Shown here: piece by piece, positions 1-13,492 of the stretch
Layout of the letters: every line of letters starts with the position of its first letter
Numbering within the stretch: the stretch's first letter is position 1
From: Octopus vulgaris
Taxonomy: Eukaryota
Assembly: GCA_951406725.2 (NCBI GenBank)
Contig: OX597820.1
Span: 43,896,001-43,960,000, forward strand
DNA length: 64,000 bases
Direction: 5' to 3'
The notes under the pieces: model-generated
Seen by the model: only the letters and a program-made list of their open reading frames with translations
The model's database searches: none
What the model was told of the DNA's origin: nothing
Position numbers and translations under genes: made by a program

Positions 1-368
1 AGGAGGAGGAGGAGGAGGAGGAGGAGGAGAACGACGACGACGACGACGAGGATGGAGGAGGTTATTCAGTTAGTACACGCAATGGTTAGGTTACTAATAG
101 ATTTTATTAACATATAGTAATTGTAATATGATGACGGCGACGCAGAGAGGCATGTGGTGGTGGCGGTAATGATGATGATGATGATGATGATAACAACACG
201 ACGAAGACGGCAATAATGATGAGAACGATGATGATGATGACGATGATGATGATGACGACGACGAAGGTGGCGATGATGGTTGCTGTTACGATGACACTGC
301 TGGCGAAATCAAGTAAGTGAATACCGATGGCGTTGCAGAATATAAAAAAAATACAATAAAGTAAGACA

Positions 369-406
<38 letters not shown>

Positions 407-1202
407 ACGACGACAACAACAACAGCAACAACAACGACAACAACAACAACAACAATAACAACTACAGCAACAATGAATATCAACAACAGAAACTAAAGAA
501 CATTACATAAACTAAGCGGTGGTGGTGACGACTGCCGTCTCTCATAGCTAGCAACAGAAATATTGCATTTCGGGAATGATAATAACGAAAGTACGGACAG
601 CAATAGTTGCCTTCCAGCAAAAACAAAAACAAAAAAGAAAACTGCTTAAAATGTCTGTCCATATTTCGAAAACAGTAGCGGGGTGTGCGCTGTATTTTGG
701 GATATATTTTTTAATTTCTTTTTACTTTTACTTCATTTTTCTTTTCTGTTTTTTTTTTTGTTTTTTTTGTTACTTTGCCTTGTCATACCGAATTAGCAAT
801 TCAAGGAATATTATTAGGGAGAAAATGGAAAGCCTGAATTTCAAACCCCTGGAATATAAATTAGGAGGAGCAGGTTTCGAGAAAAAGACGGTAATTAATG
901 AACGTTCTGTGAGACATGGTGAGAAGTTATTATAGATAGGGAACGGTGGAAATTACCAACAGTCTGTAGACGTTATTCTCGTTTGCATATTTGACATAGT
1001 AATTATTGATGAAACAATAACAACAAAAGCACTAACAACTACAACACTAACAGCAACAACACCAGCAACAACAACAACAACAACACAAACAACTACGTGA
1101 ACGATTTATTCTGCAAGAGGGAAAGCAGAAGTAGATTCGACAAAAAACAGCGTGTTGTAAAAAGCAAGACAATAAAGAAGTTGCGATGTGGTGGCTTGTC
1201 CT

Positions 1203-1610
1203 GTTAGAAATAGCAGCTAAATCTCTTTCAAATTACACACACTGTTGTTAGAAACAGCAGTCCAGTTTCCTCCAAATTGCACACTGCTGTTAGAAATGGC
1301 AGGCAAATCGCTTTCAAATTACACACAGATGTTAGAAATAGCAGACCGGTTTCCTTCAAACCACGCCCTACAGTCAAATATAGCATCCAAATTTTCTTAA
1401 ATTCACAACCTGCCGTTAGAAATAGTAGCCAAATCACGTCCTGTTGTAAGACGTATCAGTCAAATATCCTGAAATCACAACTTGCTGCTTAATATAGCAG
1501 TCAAATCTCTTTTAAATCACTATTCGTTGTTTGAAATAGCAGCCGATTTTCTAACACATCACACCCTCCTGTTAGAAATAAGAACCGAATAACAACCTGC
1601 TAATCACACT
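1203..1610 (+). repeat. Diverged ~42-bp minisatellite, about 10 copies (consensus approx. GTTAGAAATAGCAGCCAAATCTCTTCAAATCACACCCTGCT)
   Basis: Unit starts at 1203, 1247, 1289, 1331, 1373, 1415, 1446, 1487, 1529 and 1571, mostly 42 bp apart. Confidence 0.85.
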
Positions 1611-1734
1611 GTGTTGTTCGAAGTCGAACTCAAAAGCCTTTGAATCAGATCCTGAAGTTCCCCGGTTACAACCAGCGAACAGAAAAACAAGAAAGTCACT
1701 CCGCTGGCGTCAGACCTGCTCGAGATAGCCGATG

Positions 1735-1870
1735 TGTTTGTTGTAAGAGGTTTGCCTCCCAACCACATGGTTCCGGGTTCAGTCCTACGTGGTACCCTAA
1801 GCAAGTGTCTTTTACTACTGCTTTTGTGAGTGGATTTGGTAGATGGAAACTAAAAGAAGCCTGTCGTGCG
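1735..1870 (+). mobile_element. tRNA-derived SINE, family B (CORE-like), 5' part
   Basis: GTAAGAGGTTTGCCTCCCAACCACATGGTTCCGGGTTCAGTCC...GTGAGTGGATTTGGTAGATGGAAACTAAAAGAAGCC matches the copies at 62771, 52870-53025 and 10075. Confidence 0.8.
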
Positions 1871-1961
1871 TATATATACGAATACACACACTCACATACA
1901 CCACACAGACACACACGCACAGGCACACATACACACATACATACACACGTACACACAAATA

Positions 1962-2620
1962 CAGCGTACTCGGGCTAAATTCGACAGTTTGCATAAAAGA
2001 AGAAAACAATAATCCATCCAAAACTTTAAATATTTTGACAAATTAAAATCTATCAACTAAGTTATGGCTGGGAGATAATAGTTTGTTTCAAATAGCCGCC
2101 CTCAGATTCCACCACATTCTCAAAGCAGCTCCAGAACCTGGCATATGTGCTCCTTAGTGTGTTCCTGAGATCTTCTAACATCTGATCTTGGCCACTATTT
2201 TGACCTTGGTGTTACAGACAGAGCGGTTGGTGTGTATATCAATCGCACGTCACACATGGTAATTAATGGTATTAGAATTGGAGGAATTGAGGTACCAAAA
2301 ATTGAGACTGGTGAAATCGTTGAAATTCTCCGACAACCACTTCTGACTCTCTCTGAAGGTTTGGTAAGGAGCCGACTCATGCCGCCACATGAAATCATTT
2401 GTAGGAACTGTTTGACCATAATCTCCAACAGCTTCACGCAGCCGTCTCAATTCAATGACGTGGGGCGGTATGACGTCACCCTCACTGGAAACACATAAGT
2501 CGGATTGTAGACAAGCTATTTGTTGTTCTGAGTATTCTTCGACTAGTTCTGCTAGACGTTCTTTGCATCTGAGAAGAACCACATAATTTCCTGCTCAACA
2601 TTATGCCTCATGCTGCTAAG
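1962..2620 (-). mobile_element. Decayed Tc1/mariner-superfamily (maT/DD37D-like) transposase fragment
   Basis: ORF 2250-2582 encodes VSSEGDVIPPHV, HESAPYQTFRESQKWLSENF (D-x-A-P-x-H region) and WYLNSSNSNTINY (WPPxSPDLNPxDY region). A TA|CAG end lies at 1960-1964. Resembles the 23440-24368 copy. Confidence 0.7.
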
Positions 2621-3406
2621 GAGCTTCTTTACCTTCGGCAAGCGGTTCTTCTCAGCCTTGGCTGTCAGAATTTGTCTTTTGTGCCTCTTGCAAATTTCTT
2701 GCTTCTAAGATATGTTCATAGCAGGTTCAAAATGTATCAAAGATATAATGAGAGCAGTTCGTATGATGCCATTACCTATGTAATACATCTCCAGCACACA
2801 GTATCACCAACTACTTGTAGAATGTCAAATACTCCCTAAAATAACAATTATTTCCTATGCACGATTGTCATGAAAGATCTAATGCGCTCTTCTGGAAAGG
2901 CACCTCGTACGGAAGAGGATGACAAGTCGGCAGGAGAGTCTCGTTGTTATATGGTCAACACAAGCGTTGGAGTTGATCTCAAGTTTGTTCCTGGGTTTAC
3001 ATACCTGCGGTTTGTTATTTGTGAGAAATTATGGATCTAATACAATGCACTATACACATACACATGTACAGACAGAGCACACACAGAGCAGGCGCACGCA
3101 CACGCAGAACACATACACACACACTCACACACATACACACACATATATATCATTAAATACTCATGACAGTTTAAAATTTAAATTAATGGATTCCGTGCCT
3201 TTAATATAAGTGTTTGTGGAAATATATGTTTGTGAGCGTGTGTGTGTTTATGTATATATAGATATTATATATTATATATATAGTATAATATATATATGTA
3301 TATATACATACATATATATATGTGTGTGTATATATATATATATAGTATATACATATATATATATATATATATATGTATGTACATATATGTACAACATACT
3401 GTTTAT

Positions 3407-3439
<33 letters not shown>

Positions 3440-3961
3440 GTATATATATATACACAAACATATATGCTTATATATAAACACACAGATATGTATGCCCATT
3501 TGCGAAGCGTAGTTTTATGAACGTGACTGTGTATGTGCCTTGCGTGTGTCCCTGTGTGAGTGTGCGTATGTGTGTGTGCATATGTGTGTGTGTGTGTGTA
3601 CATGTGTGTGTGTGTGTGTGTACATGTGTGTTGGTGTGCTTCTCCTTATGTGTGCATGTTGTATTAGATAGCTGCAGGCGTAGGTCCGAGAAACTCGAAG
3701 ACATAGACTAAATAAGGCAGCAGCAGACATGGGGATTGCGAAACGTCCCTTTAATTATTGCAAACTTAAATATGAATAACAGAAAATTGCAACAACATTT
3801 AAATAAAATGAATAAAAACTGAGCATGAAATGATGGCAATGTGCATAAAATGCATATTGTCGCTGCATGGTTAGCAGTTATTTACTTGCAGAATTTTTTT
3901 CCACCGGATGCATATTTATGAAGGCTTGAACACACAGACATACATATATGCACGTGCCTAC

Positions 3962-4006
<45 letters not shown>

Positions 4007-4091
4007 TGCGTGTGTGTGTCTGTGTGTATGTTTCTGTCTGTGTCTCTGTGTGCGTTTGTGTATTTATGTAGGAATCATATATAAGTATATA

Positions 4092-4137
<46 letters not shown>

Positions 4138-4344
4138 TATATATATAATTTTCCAACAAATATATAAACTATAGTAAATATATGTAATTACATTTATTTA
4201 CATATTACATATGTATGTACATATGTGTATAGATAGATAAATGTATATACGTATGATATATATATATATATATATATCATATACAATTACACACATATAT
4301 ATGTGCATATGTACACGCATATATGATTATGCATGCACACAGGC

Positions 4345-4383
<39 letters not shown>

Positions 4384-4445
4384 GGTAAAAATATATATAT
4401 GCATATATGTATATATCTGTATATATGTATATATATATATGTATG

Positions 4446-4494
<49 letters not shown>

Positions 4495-4501
4495 ATATAT
4501 G

Positions 4502-4533
<32 letters not shown>

Positions 4534-4563
4534 CATGTTTATAAATATATACATATATATGTG

Positions 4564-4626
<63 letters not shown>

Positions 4627-4854
4627 ACATATATATATATATATATATTCCCTATCCTGTTATTCATTGGAAATTCAAGATTCCGGTCCGCTTTTGTTTG
4701 GCTAGTTTCATTTTTTCATTTGTTTATTTCATTTTTGTGCCGATGTCAAAATTATCTAGCTAACTGTTGTGTTGTAAAAGCTAAATTTCGCCATCTTGCT
4801 TCCATTGCGATTTTGATTTTTTTTATATATTTCGTTCCTTCTTCTTCTGTTTCC

Positions 4855-5355
<501 letters not shown>

Positions 5356-5642
5356 TTCATAAATCTCGTTCTTCCTCACCCGACAAATGTTTAGCGTGAA
5401 GAATGTTCGTGCCATAACGGAGGACTGAGTATCGACTGCATAATTATTTCTCTTAAAGACACAGTCTACCTAGAGCCGAAGATCCATTAGCAACCAAATA
5501 AATATATAAACGAAGAAAGACTGAAAGAAAGATAGATTGAAAGAACGAAAGTGAGAGATATAGAGAGAGAAGCGAAAGAAATCTGTTAAAAGTACAATCT
5601 ACAATCACGACAAGAATAGTATGCATATATATACATATATAT

Positions 5643-5712
<70 letters not shown>

Positions 5713-5867
5713 CGTCGCCCAAAACATGGGATCTTGGAATCATCTTTACAACGTGGGACGATGTTCACGGCGGCAAAAGGAGAAAAAAAAACATACGACG
5801 AAAAACACTCAAATGTTATACGAAATAAAACGAAAAAAACTACGTAAAGCAATTCTTAAAACTACAT

Positions 5868-5937
<70 letters not shown>

Positions 5938-6051
5938 GAATAAAACCACGAAGAAGCAAATGACAAACAACAACTGTAAAGGACTTGCATAAAATAAAAT
6001 ATATATAAACTATACAAAAATAAATATAGAAAAATCTTGAAAAGCAACCAC

Positions 6052-6082
<31 letters not shown>

Positions 6083-6344
6083 TACACATATATATATATA
6101 TCCACGCGCAAATCTAAATCAATGTATGTGGTATAGAAAGAGAGCAAGTATGCGTGCGTATGACTATGCGTGTGTACCGCATTAGCTGTGCTATGTTTCG
6201 TTTCGTCTGTTGTTGTGTCTGTTGTTGTTGTTGTTTTAGTTGCTGTTTCTATTATTGTAGTTGTTGTAGTTGTTGTCATCGTCGTCGTTGTTGTAGTTTT
6301 TGTTGGTGGTTTTGTCGGTGGCGGCGTGTCTGTTGTAAACATAC

Positions 6345-6503
6345 GGTTGGACGGCCAAACATTGCATATGGTATATACAAGAAGAGGCTGGAAGCAAATT
6401 CAAGGCTGTGGATGTGTTTTGGATGCATTCAAGCCGGCAGAGAATAAATGCTACAAGCTATTCCACACCAACTAGCACGACCTCTTGGAAGGTTTCCTGG
6501 AAG
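6345..6503 (-). other. Candidate 159-nt spliced exon of a minus-strand host transcript
   Basis: Unique-sequence island with a strong acceptor (TTTTCTTCCTTATTTCGTTATAG|CTTCC) and donor (CAACC|GTATGT). All three frames contain a stop, so it would be a UTR/start exon or a terminal exon. Confidence 0.35.
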
Positions 6504-6514
6504 CTATAACGAAA

Positions 6515-7910
6515 TAAGGAAGAAAATATAAACAGCAAAAGAGAGAGAGAGAGAGAAAGAAAGAAAGAAGGAAGGAAAGAAGGAAAGAAAGAAAGAGAAA
6601 GGAAGGAAGCAAGCAAGCAAGGAAGGAAGGGAAAAGGTGGAAACAAAAATATAAGATGCAAAAATAATTATTTACAAAGTAATACAACTGAACAGAACGC
6701 TGTTGTTGGAGGAAGGAAGGTTGAGGGAAGGAAGGAGAGGGGTTCGGGAGGGCTGTATGAAAGAAAATGGAAAAGAAGGAAGATATGCAGAGAAATGAAG
6801 GAATCGTTGTGTGAAAGAATGGAACGGAGGAAAAAAGAAAGAAAGAAAGAATTAACGAATGAATGAATGAAAAAAAACAGAAGGAAGGAAGGAAGGAAGG
6901 AAGGAAGGAAGGAAGGAAGGAAGAAAGGAAGGAAGGAAGGAAAGAAGGAAGGAAGGAAGGGAAGGGAAGGAAGAAAGAATTAGTGAATGAATAAGAAAAG
7001 AAGAAAGAAAAAAGAAAGGAAGAGAGAGAGAGAAAGAAAGAAAGAAAGAATGAAACAAAAAAGAAAGAAAGGAAGAAAGAAAGAAAGAAAGAAAGGGAGG
7101 AAGGAAGGAAGGGAAGAAAGAAAGAATTAATGAATGAATAAAAAAAGAAGAAAGAAAAAAGAAAGGAAGAGAGAGAGAGAAAGAAAGAAAGAATGAAACA
7201 AAAAAGAAAGAAAGGAAGTAAGAAAGAAAGAATGATTGTGATAATGGAAATATTGAATGAATATTAAAAGTTATTTTTAATGTCCTTCTTTCATAATATG
7301 CTTCATTAATATCGTTTCTTTCTTTGAGTTTTCTTTCATTCATGTTTGTTCTTTTCGTTTAGAAAGAATCAGAATTAAAAGATTTGAAGAAGTAATTGTT
7401 GAATGAACAAGCAAAAGACAAAAAGGGACGAAGAACGAAAACATTATTAAAAGCCAAAGAAATGAACGACTACCAAAAAGGAAAAGAATTTGAAATGGGA
7501 GACATAAATGAATAAGAATTTGAAGAAGTGACAAAGTATACAGAGAAAAGAGAGAGAAAGAAATGAAGAAATAAAGTCAAAAAAAAAAAGAAAGAAGAGA
7601 GAACGAAAGAAAGGAAGAAAGGTAAAGGAATGAAAGATATGCCAAATCACAAATAGAAAAGAAGGAAACAAACCAATGAGGAAAGAAAGAAAAATCAAAC
7701 AAACGAACTCACAAACAAACAAACAAACAAACAAAAAGAAAGAATGAAAATGAAATAAACGGAAGATGAAAAGAAAAGAAACGGAAGAAACGAAAGACAC
7801 AGAATGAAAGGAAATAAAGGGAAGAAGGAAAAGCGCATGAAGAAGGAACAAAGACACAAAGATGAGACGAAAGAAAGATAGAAAGAAACAAACAAACAAA
7901 AATGAAAGAG

Positions 7911-7945
<35 letters not shown>

Positions 7946-8020
7946 ACGGAAACTAAAAGAAAAGGGAAAAAGAAAGGGGAAAAGAAAGCGGAACGAAAAG
8001 AAAGAAAAAAAAAAAAAAAG
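6515..8020 (+). repeat. Long purine-rich low-complexity tract, (GAAG)n/(GAAA)n, with an internal ~110-bp duplication
   Basis: Read directly; near-identical blocks begin at about 6963 and 7110. Confidence 0.9.
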
Positions 8021-8057
8021 TGCAAGCTGCTGACATATATGTTCTTATGTGATATAA

Positions 8058-8830
8058 GGCGGCGAGCAGGCAGAAACGTTAACACGCCGGGCGAAATGCT
8101 TTGTGGTATTCCGTCTGCCGCTGCATTCTGAGTTCAAATTCCGCCGAGGTCGACTTTGCCTTTCATCCATTCGGGGTCGATTAAATAAGTACCAGTTACG
8201 CACTGAGGTCGATATAATCGACTTAATCCGTTTGTCTGTCCTTGTTTGTCCTCTCTGTGTTTAGCCCCTTGTGGGTAGTCAAGAAATGTGTATTTCGTCT
8301 GTCTGAACGTTCTGAGTTCAAATTCCGCCGAGGTCGACTTTGCCTTTCATCCTTTCGGGGTCGATTAAATAAGTACCAGTTACGCACTGGGATCGATGTA
8401 ATCGACTTAATCCGTTTTTCGTCCTTGTTTGTCCCCTCTGTGTGTAGCCCCTTGTGGGTAGTAAAGAAATAAGTATTTCGTCTGTCGCTACGTTCTGAAT
8501 TCAAATTCCGCCGAGGTCGACTTTGCCTTTCATCGTTTCGGAGTCGATAGATTAAGTACCAGTTACGCACTGTGGTTGATGTAATTGACTTTATCCAATT
8601 GTCTGTCTTTGTTTGTCCACTCTATGTTTAGCTCCTTGTGAGTAGTAAAGAAATAGAAATAGGTATTTCGTCTGTTTTTACCTTCAGAGTTCAAATTCCA
8701 CAGAGGTCGACTTTTGCCTTTCATCCTTTCGGGATCGATAAATTAAGTAACAGCTGCGTTACTGGGGTCGATCTAATCGACTGACCCCTCCCTAGAAAAA
8801 ATTTCGGGCCTTGCGCCTAGAGTAGAAAAG
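8058..8830 (+). mobile_element. Meta-domain tRNA-SINE (family A), nested tetramer
   Basis: One full tRNA-like head (GGCGGCGAGCAGGCAGAAACGTT...GAGTTCAAATTCC), then four Meta-like domains (GGTCGACTTTGCCTTTCATCCTTTCGGGGTCGAT..AAGTACCAG) 182-190 bp apart. The last unit has a different tail. Confidence 0.9.
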
Positions 8831-9013
8831 GTTATGTGATATATATTAATAATACAGTTTACTTAGTGCAAACATAGAACTCAATATGTTGGGTAGAATG
8901 GGTATATATGTCTATCATATCAAATGTTAACAGTCTATAGCTGTTACAATCGCGCCGGTTCCCTTTACAGTCAGTTTTCTTAAATTATTATAATCACTAC
9001 GGAAAGAAGTATA

Positions 9014-9928
9014 CGAGGTGGTATCAAAATGTTCCCAGACTAGTTATGTTTAATAAAAAATATAATAACTTATTTACCTATGTTTTAACATCATGTCCTT
9101 CGAAATAGTCCCCTTGAGCAGCAATACACCGGTCCTAGCTTTCCTGCCACTTTTGAAATCCGACCCGGAAGTCATTATCCGTAAGCGAGTCGAAGACCTA
9201 CAATTTGCTCTGAATATCGACAAGTGTTAAAACGACGGCCATTGAGCTACATTTTCCTCTTGGGGAAGAGATGGAAGACCACAGGTGCTAAATTTGGCAA
9301 ATAGCGCGGGTGCAGAAGTGATAACACGTTGTTTTTTCGCGAGTGAACAGAGCTCGGTGACAGGGTGCTTTGTCGTTGTGAGCAATCCAATTATTCGCGC
9401 TCCACAAATCCGGACACTTTCGCCGAATGTCTTCCCTCAAACGCTTCATAACGTAACAGTAGAACTCTTGGTTGACGGTCTGGCCATGGAGGACTAATTC
9501 TCGATGTACAACACCACGTTTCCGGTGATGACGCTCGTGGCGGGTCTTCCAGGTCATTCATCGTCTTCCAGGGACGTTTTTTTCCGCATTTGAAGCGCTC
9601 GTGCCACTCGTAACATTGCGTAGGACCCATTACCTTGTTGTCGCCGTAAGCTTGCCGAAGCATGCTCAATGTCTATGTAGCAGACTTCCAAATTTAACAC
9701 AAAATTTCACGCTAGCTCGTTGTTCCTATGCATGACAAAATCGCAGACTACAGAGTAGATGTAATAACCAAAACAAAAATTTCACAACTTTCGAAATAGA
9801 CACAGCAATGTCACTCTGCACATTGCATAATGAAGGTCACTTGTTAGCTCTCACTTCACATGCAACCGTGTGCTGCCATGTGTTGGCGCGCTACAGAAGT
9901 GGTTCGGGAACGTTTTGATACCACTTCG
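9014..9928 (-). mobile_element. Internally deleted mariner (DD34D) element with both terminal inverted repeats (TIRs)
   Basis: TIRs CGAGGTGGTATCAAAATGTTCCC (9014) and GGGAACGTTTTGATACCACTTCG (9906-9928), with TA on the left. HTH remnant MLRQAYGD..QCYEWHERFK; catalytic region GVVHRELVLHGQTVNQEFY..RLREDIRRKCPDLW..HNDKAPCH. Confidence 0.92.
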
Positions 9929-9999
9929 AATATTGAGAGAATTCCTTTACCATAATATTACTATCATTCACAAACCATTAGTGGTGTGAAAGATGTTGT

Positions 10000-10052
<53 letters not shown>

Positions 10053-10074
10053 ATGTTAATTTGAAATTTACATT

Positions 10075-10267
10075 CAGGCGTAGTTGTGTAGATAGAAGTT
10101 TGCTTCCAAAACACATGCTTCCGGGTTCAGTCAGACTATATTGCACCACGAGAGAGTGTCTTCTACTGTAGCCCTGGGCAGACCAAAGCATTTTTGAGTG
10201 GATTTAGTCGAAGGAAATGTGTGTGTGTGTTTGTGCGTATGTATATGTATGTGTATGTATATATATT

Positions 10268-10308
<41 letters not shown>

Positions 10309-10333
10309 ACGTATGCATATAGGTATATATGTA

Positions 10334-10386
<53 letters not shown>

Positions 10387-10545
10387 GCATATCCATGAGT
10401 GTGTGTGCGCGCGCATGTCTTTGTGTTTGTATTTATGTTTGTGCTCCATAGTGTTTGACAACTGTAGTTGCTTTTTCTGTATGTTGCAGTGACTGAGCGG
10501 TTTGACAAAAGATTCCGAGAGAATAAGTACCAATCTTTAAAATAG
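10075..10545 (+). mobile_element. SINE family B with internal (TG)/(TA) microsatellite expansion
   Basis: Head 10075-10217, microsatellite 10218-10440, tail TTGACAAC...GAATAAGTACC. Confidence 0.75.
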
Positions 10546-10598
10546 ATACTACTACCACTACTACTGCTGCTGCTGCTGTTTCTATTACTATAAACTAG

Positions 10599-10672
<74 letters not shown>

Positions 10673-11213
10673 TCGCTCCATTCCTTACACGACTAATGAA
10701 CTATCGATCATAATGCTTTTATCCTAGCGAAAATCATTAGCAATAATTGTTTTCTCCTTTTGTAAATTTAATAATAATTTCTATAATTAATAATAATTTC
10801 TCTTCGTACTGAAGAGATCCAAGAAGGCTGAAATAGCTACAACATATATGTATGTATAGATAAACACACATACAATTAGACATACAAACGTTCATACGTA
10901 TATGCATATATGCATGCATTCATCTCTTTAAGTGAACATTTTTCTGGTTGAAATACACCGAAAAATGGCGACACAGCAGTCAAAAAATCGTAAAAAATAA
11001 GGATTTTCATATTAAAAAAAGTAGCTTTTTGATGTAAATAATTTTTGGTCTTAACATGTTCCGATTTGAAATTTTTCTTCACCGGAATGAAGAGCAAGCC
11101 TTCTCCTATCATACTTTCAACTTTTGTCAATTTGTGCCACAGGGTATCGGGGGAGATAGTGTTAGTTGAAGGCTACCAAACCTGCACACACACACACACA
11201 CAGACAACTTCAG

Positions 11214-11265
<52 letters not shown>

Positions 11266-11279
11266 GACCTGCTGAACAA

Positions 11280-11330
11280 GTACTCTGAGTGTACAGCTGT
11301 TCATAAGGAACAACCGTACACTCAGAGTAC
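11280..11330. repeat. Inverted repeat, 23-bp arms with a 5-nt loop
   Basis: GTACTCTGAGTGTACAGCTGTTC and GAACAACCGTACACTCAGAGTAC pair at 21 of 23 positions. Confidence 0.85.
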
Positions 11331-11814
11331 ACTAGAGTGCAGAGCTGACCTCCTTAAACGAAGCCTTAGAGAAGAAATACCAACAAAAATTATGCATAAG
11401 TACATGCCGTGTAAGCCAGAGAACATCAACAACATTGACAAGAACAATAATCTCTTAGGCATACGATAAATACACCACGTTCCTCTAAAAGGTTAGTCCT
11501 TTGGTATCCAGGAACAGGAGATAACTACTAATGTCAGTATCTGCAGAATATTCGATAATGGGATACAGTTGAGTTTTTTTCTACGGTTAACACTTGTGCA
11601 ATAGTTTCTTGCATCACACGAAGTAAAAGTGAAAGTATTTTATGAGAAGATATGGTAATGGGTTTTACGAAATAACAGAGAGTAGTGTTGACAATCTATC
11701 ACCGAGTATGATGCCTTTTTATTTTTTTTGGTATTGTATAGCAGGCGATTGTCTAAGTTTTATCTAACCTTTGAAAATTAGAGTGATACACCATATCTTC
11801 GTTAGGTGATAAAT

Positions 11815-11935
11815 AGCATATTATGTTGTGTTTGGGGAGAGTCATTCTCTTTTAGTGCCTTATAACACCGTTGAGTGTGTTAAATAATAAGGCACTAAAA
11901 GAGAATGACTCTCCCCAGACACAACAGAATATGCT
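11815..11935. repeat. Fold-back inverted repeat, 49-bp arms
   Basis: 11815-11863 pairs with 11887-11935 with 2 mismatches. Confidence 0.9.
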
Positions 11936-12639
11936 TCAACACACGAACTCATATAAAGAATCTTGCAAACCAAATCCAAAAGCGAAATATGATAAATAGC
12001 AGTTTTTTATTGTGTGGGTGTGTTTGTGATATTGGTTTGTGTGAGTGTGTATTTAATATTGGTTTGTAAAAAAACAAAAATAATTAGAATGAACACCGTC
12101 AATTTCTGCGTTGAGTATTTACTTGTTTTATCACATAAACTGCCTGCTCATTGAATTAACAAATGCGTGACTGAGTACTTCACATATAATCAAATCAAAT
12201 TCTATCAGCAGTATGCGGCAACGAACTTCCAAATACTTTCCCACTACCTAATTTCAGTTATAAGACAGTCAGACCCGATGTTATGGTAAATGACATTTGC
12301 CCAAAAAGCAACGCTCTGGGAACTGACCCAGGACATTATGAATACTTTTTAAAGATTTAGTCATGCTGTATTAACTGGTTCTATTCATGTGATGTAATAT
12401 AGACAATTCTAACAGGAAATTATGCTACTAATGTAGAAAATACAAAATGATATCATCTTAATGAAAAGTTCGTTTTTATATAAGTCTAGGATATGTGGTT
12501 GTAAGTTTTTGCTTCAGGTGATATAATTTATAGTTTGAAATTTCAAGGTTTATTCCAGCCTGTCTGATTTCTATTTCACTCCTGAAATATGAAATAATAA
12601 AATACCTGATGAGCATAAACTGATAAGGTAAGAATGCAG

Positions 12640-12935
12640 GAAAATACATCGGTGTGACAACTGATGCAGAAGCTGAGAAATTATAAGCAGCCTCCGCATA
12701 CATGTGACCAATATTGTACGCGGTTATCCACAAATGTCATGACGATATTATCTACTTATGACGTAGACGATGTCATGGGTAACGCATGGAAAAGATAGTC
12801 CTGAGGAAAAAATTAGACGAAGTTGCAGATATTTGGATGAAATACTTAACAATACTGTAAAATGTAGGCATGACAAACTAAACATAATGCTCTAGGACAG
12901 AGAAAAGGAATGGTGGAAATCAAATGTCTCACAAA
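12640..12935 (+). mobile_element. Highly decayed LINE (RTE-like) 3' fragment
   Basis: Translation remnants RMEKIVLRKKL and DREKEWWKSNVS resemble RTE ORF C-termini. The match is weak. Confidence 0.3.
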
Positions 12936-12979
12936 TTTAAATGTTAAGGGTGAATAAAAAAAGCTATGCTGAACTTTAA

Positions 12980-13492
<513 letters not shown>

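Noticed and set aside
797-890. Possible plus-strand exon (NSRNIIREKMESLNFKPLEYKLGGAGFEKKT)
   Set aside because: The splice signals are plausible, but there is no recognisable homology or partner exon, and such signals arise by chance in T-rich DNA.
1203-1610. CRISPR-like array, and resemblance of TAGAAATAGCA to the Cas9 sgRNA scaffold
   Set aside because: The 'spacers' are homologous to each other, the repeats are degenerate, there are no cas genes and the context is eukaryotic. The short match is coincidental.
8058-8830. CRISPR array or simple satellite
   Set aside because: The units are SINE bodies with Pol III B boxes and no unique spacers.
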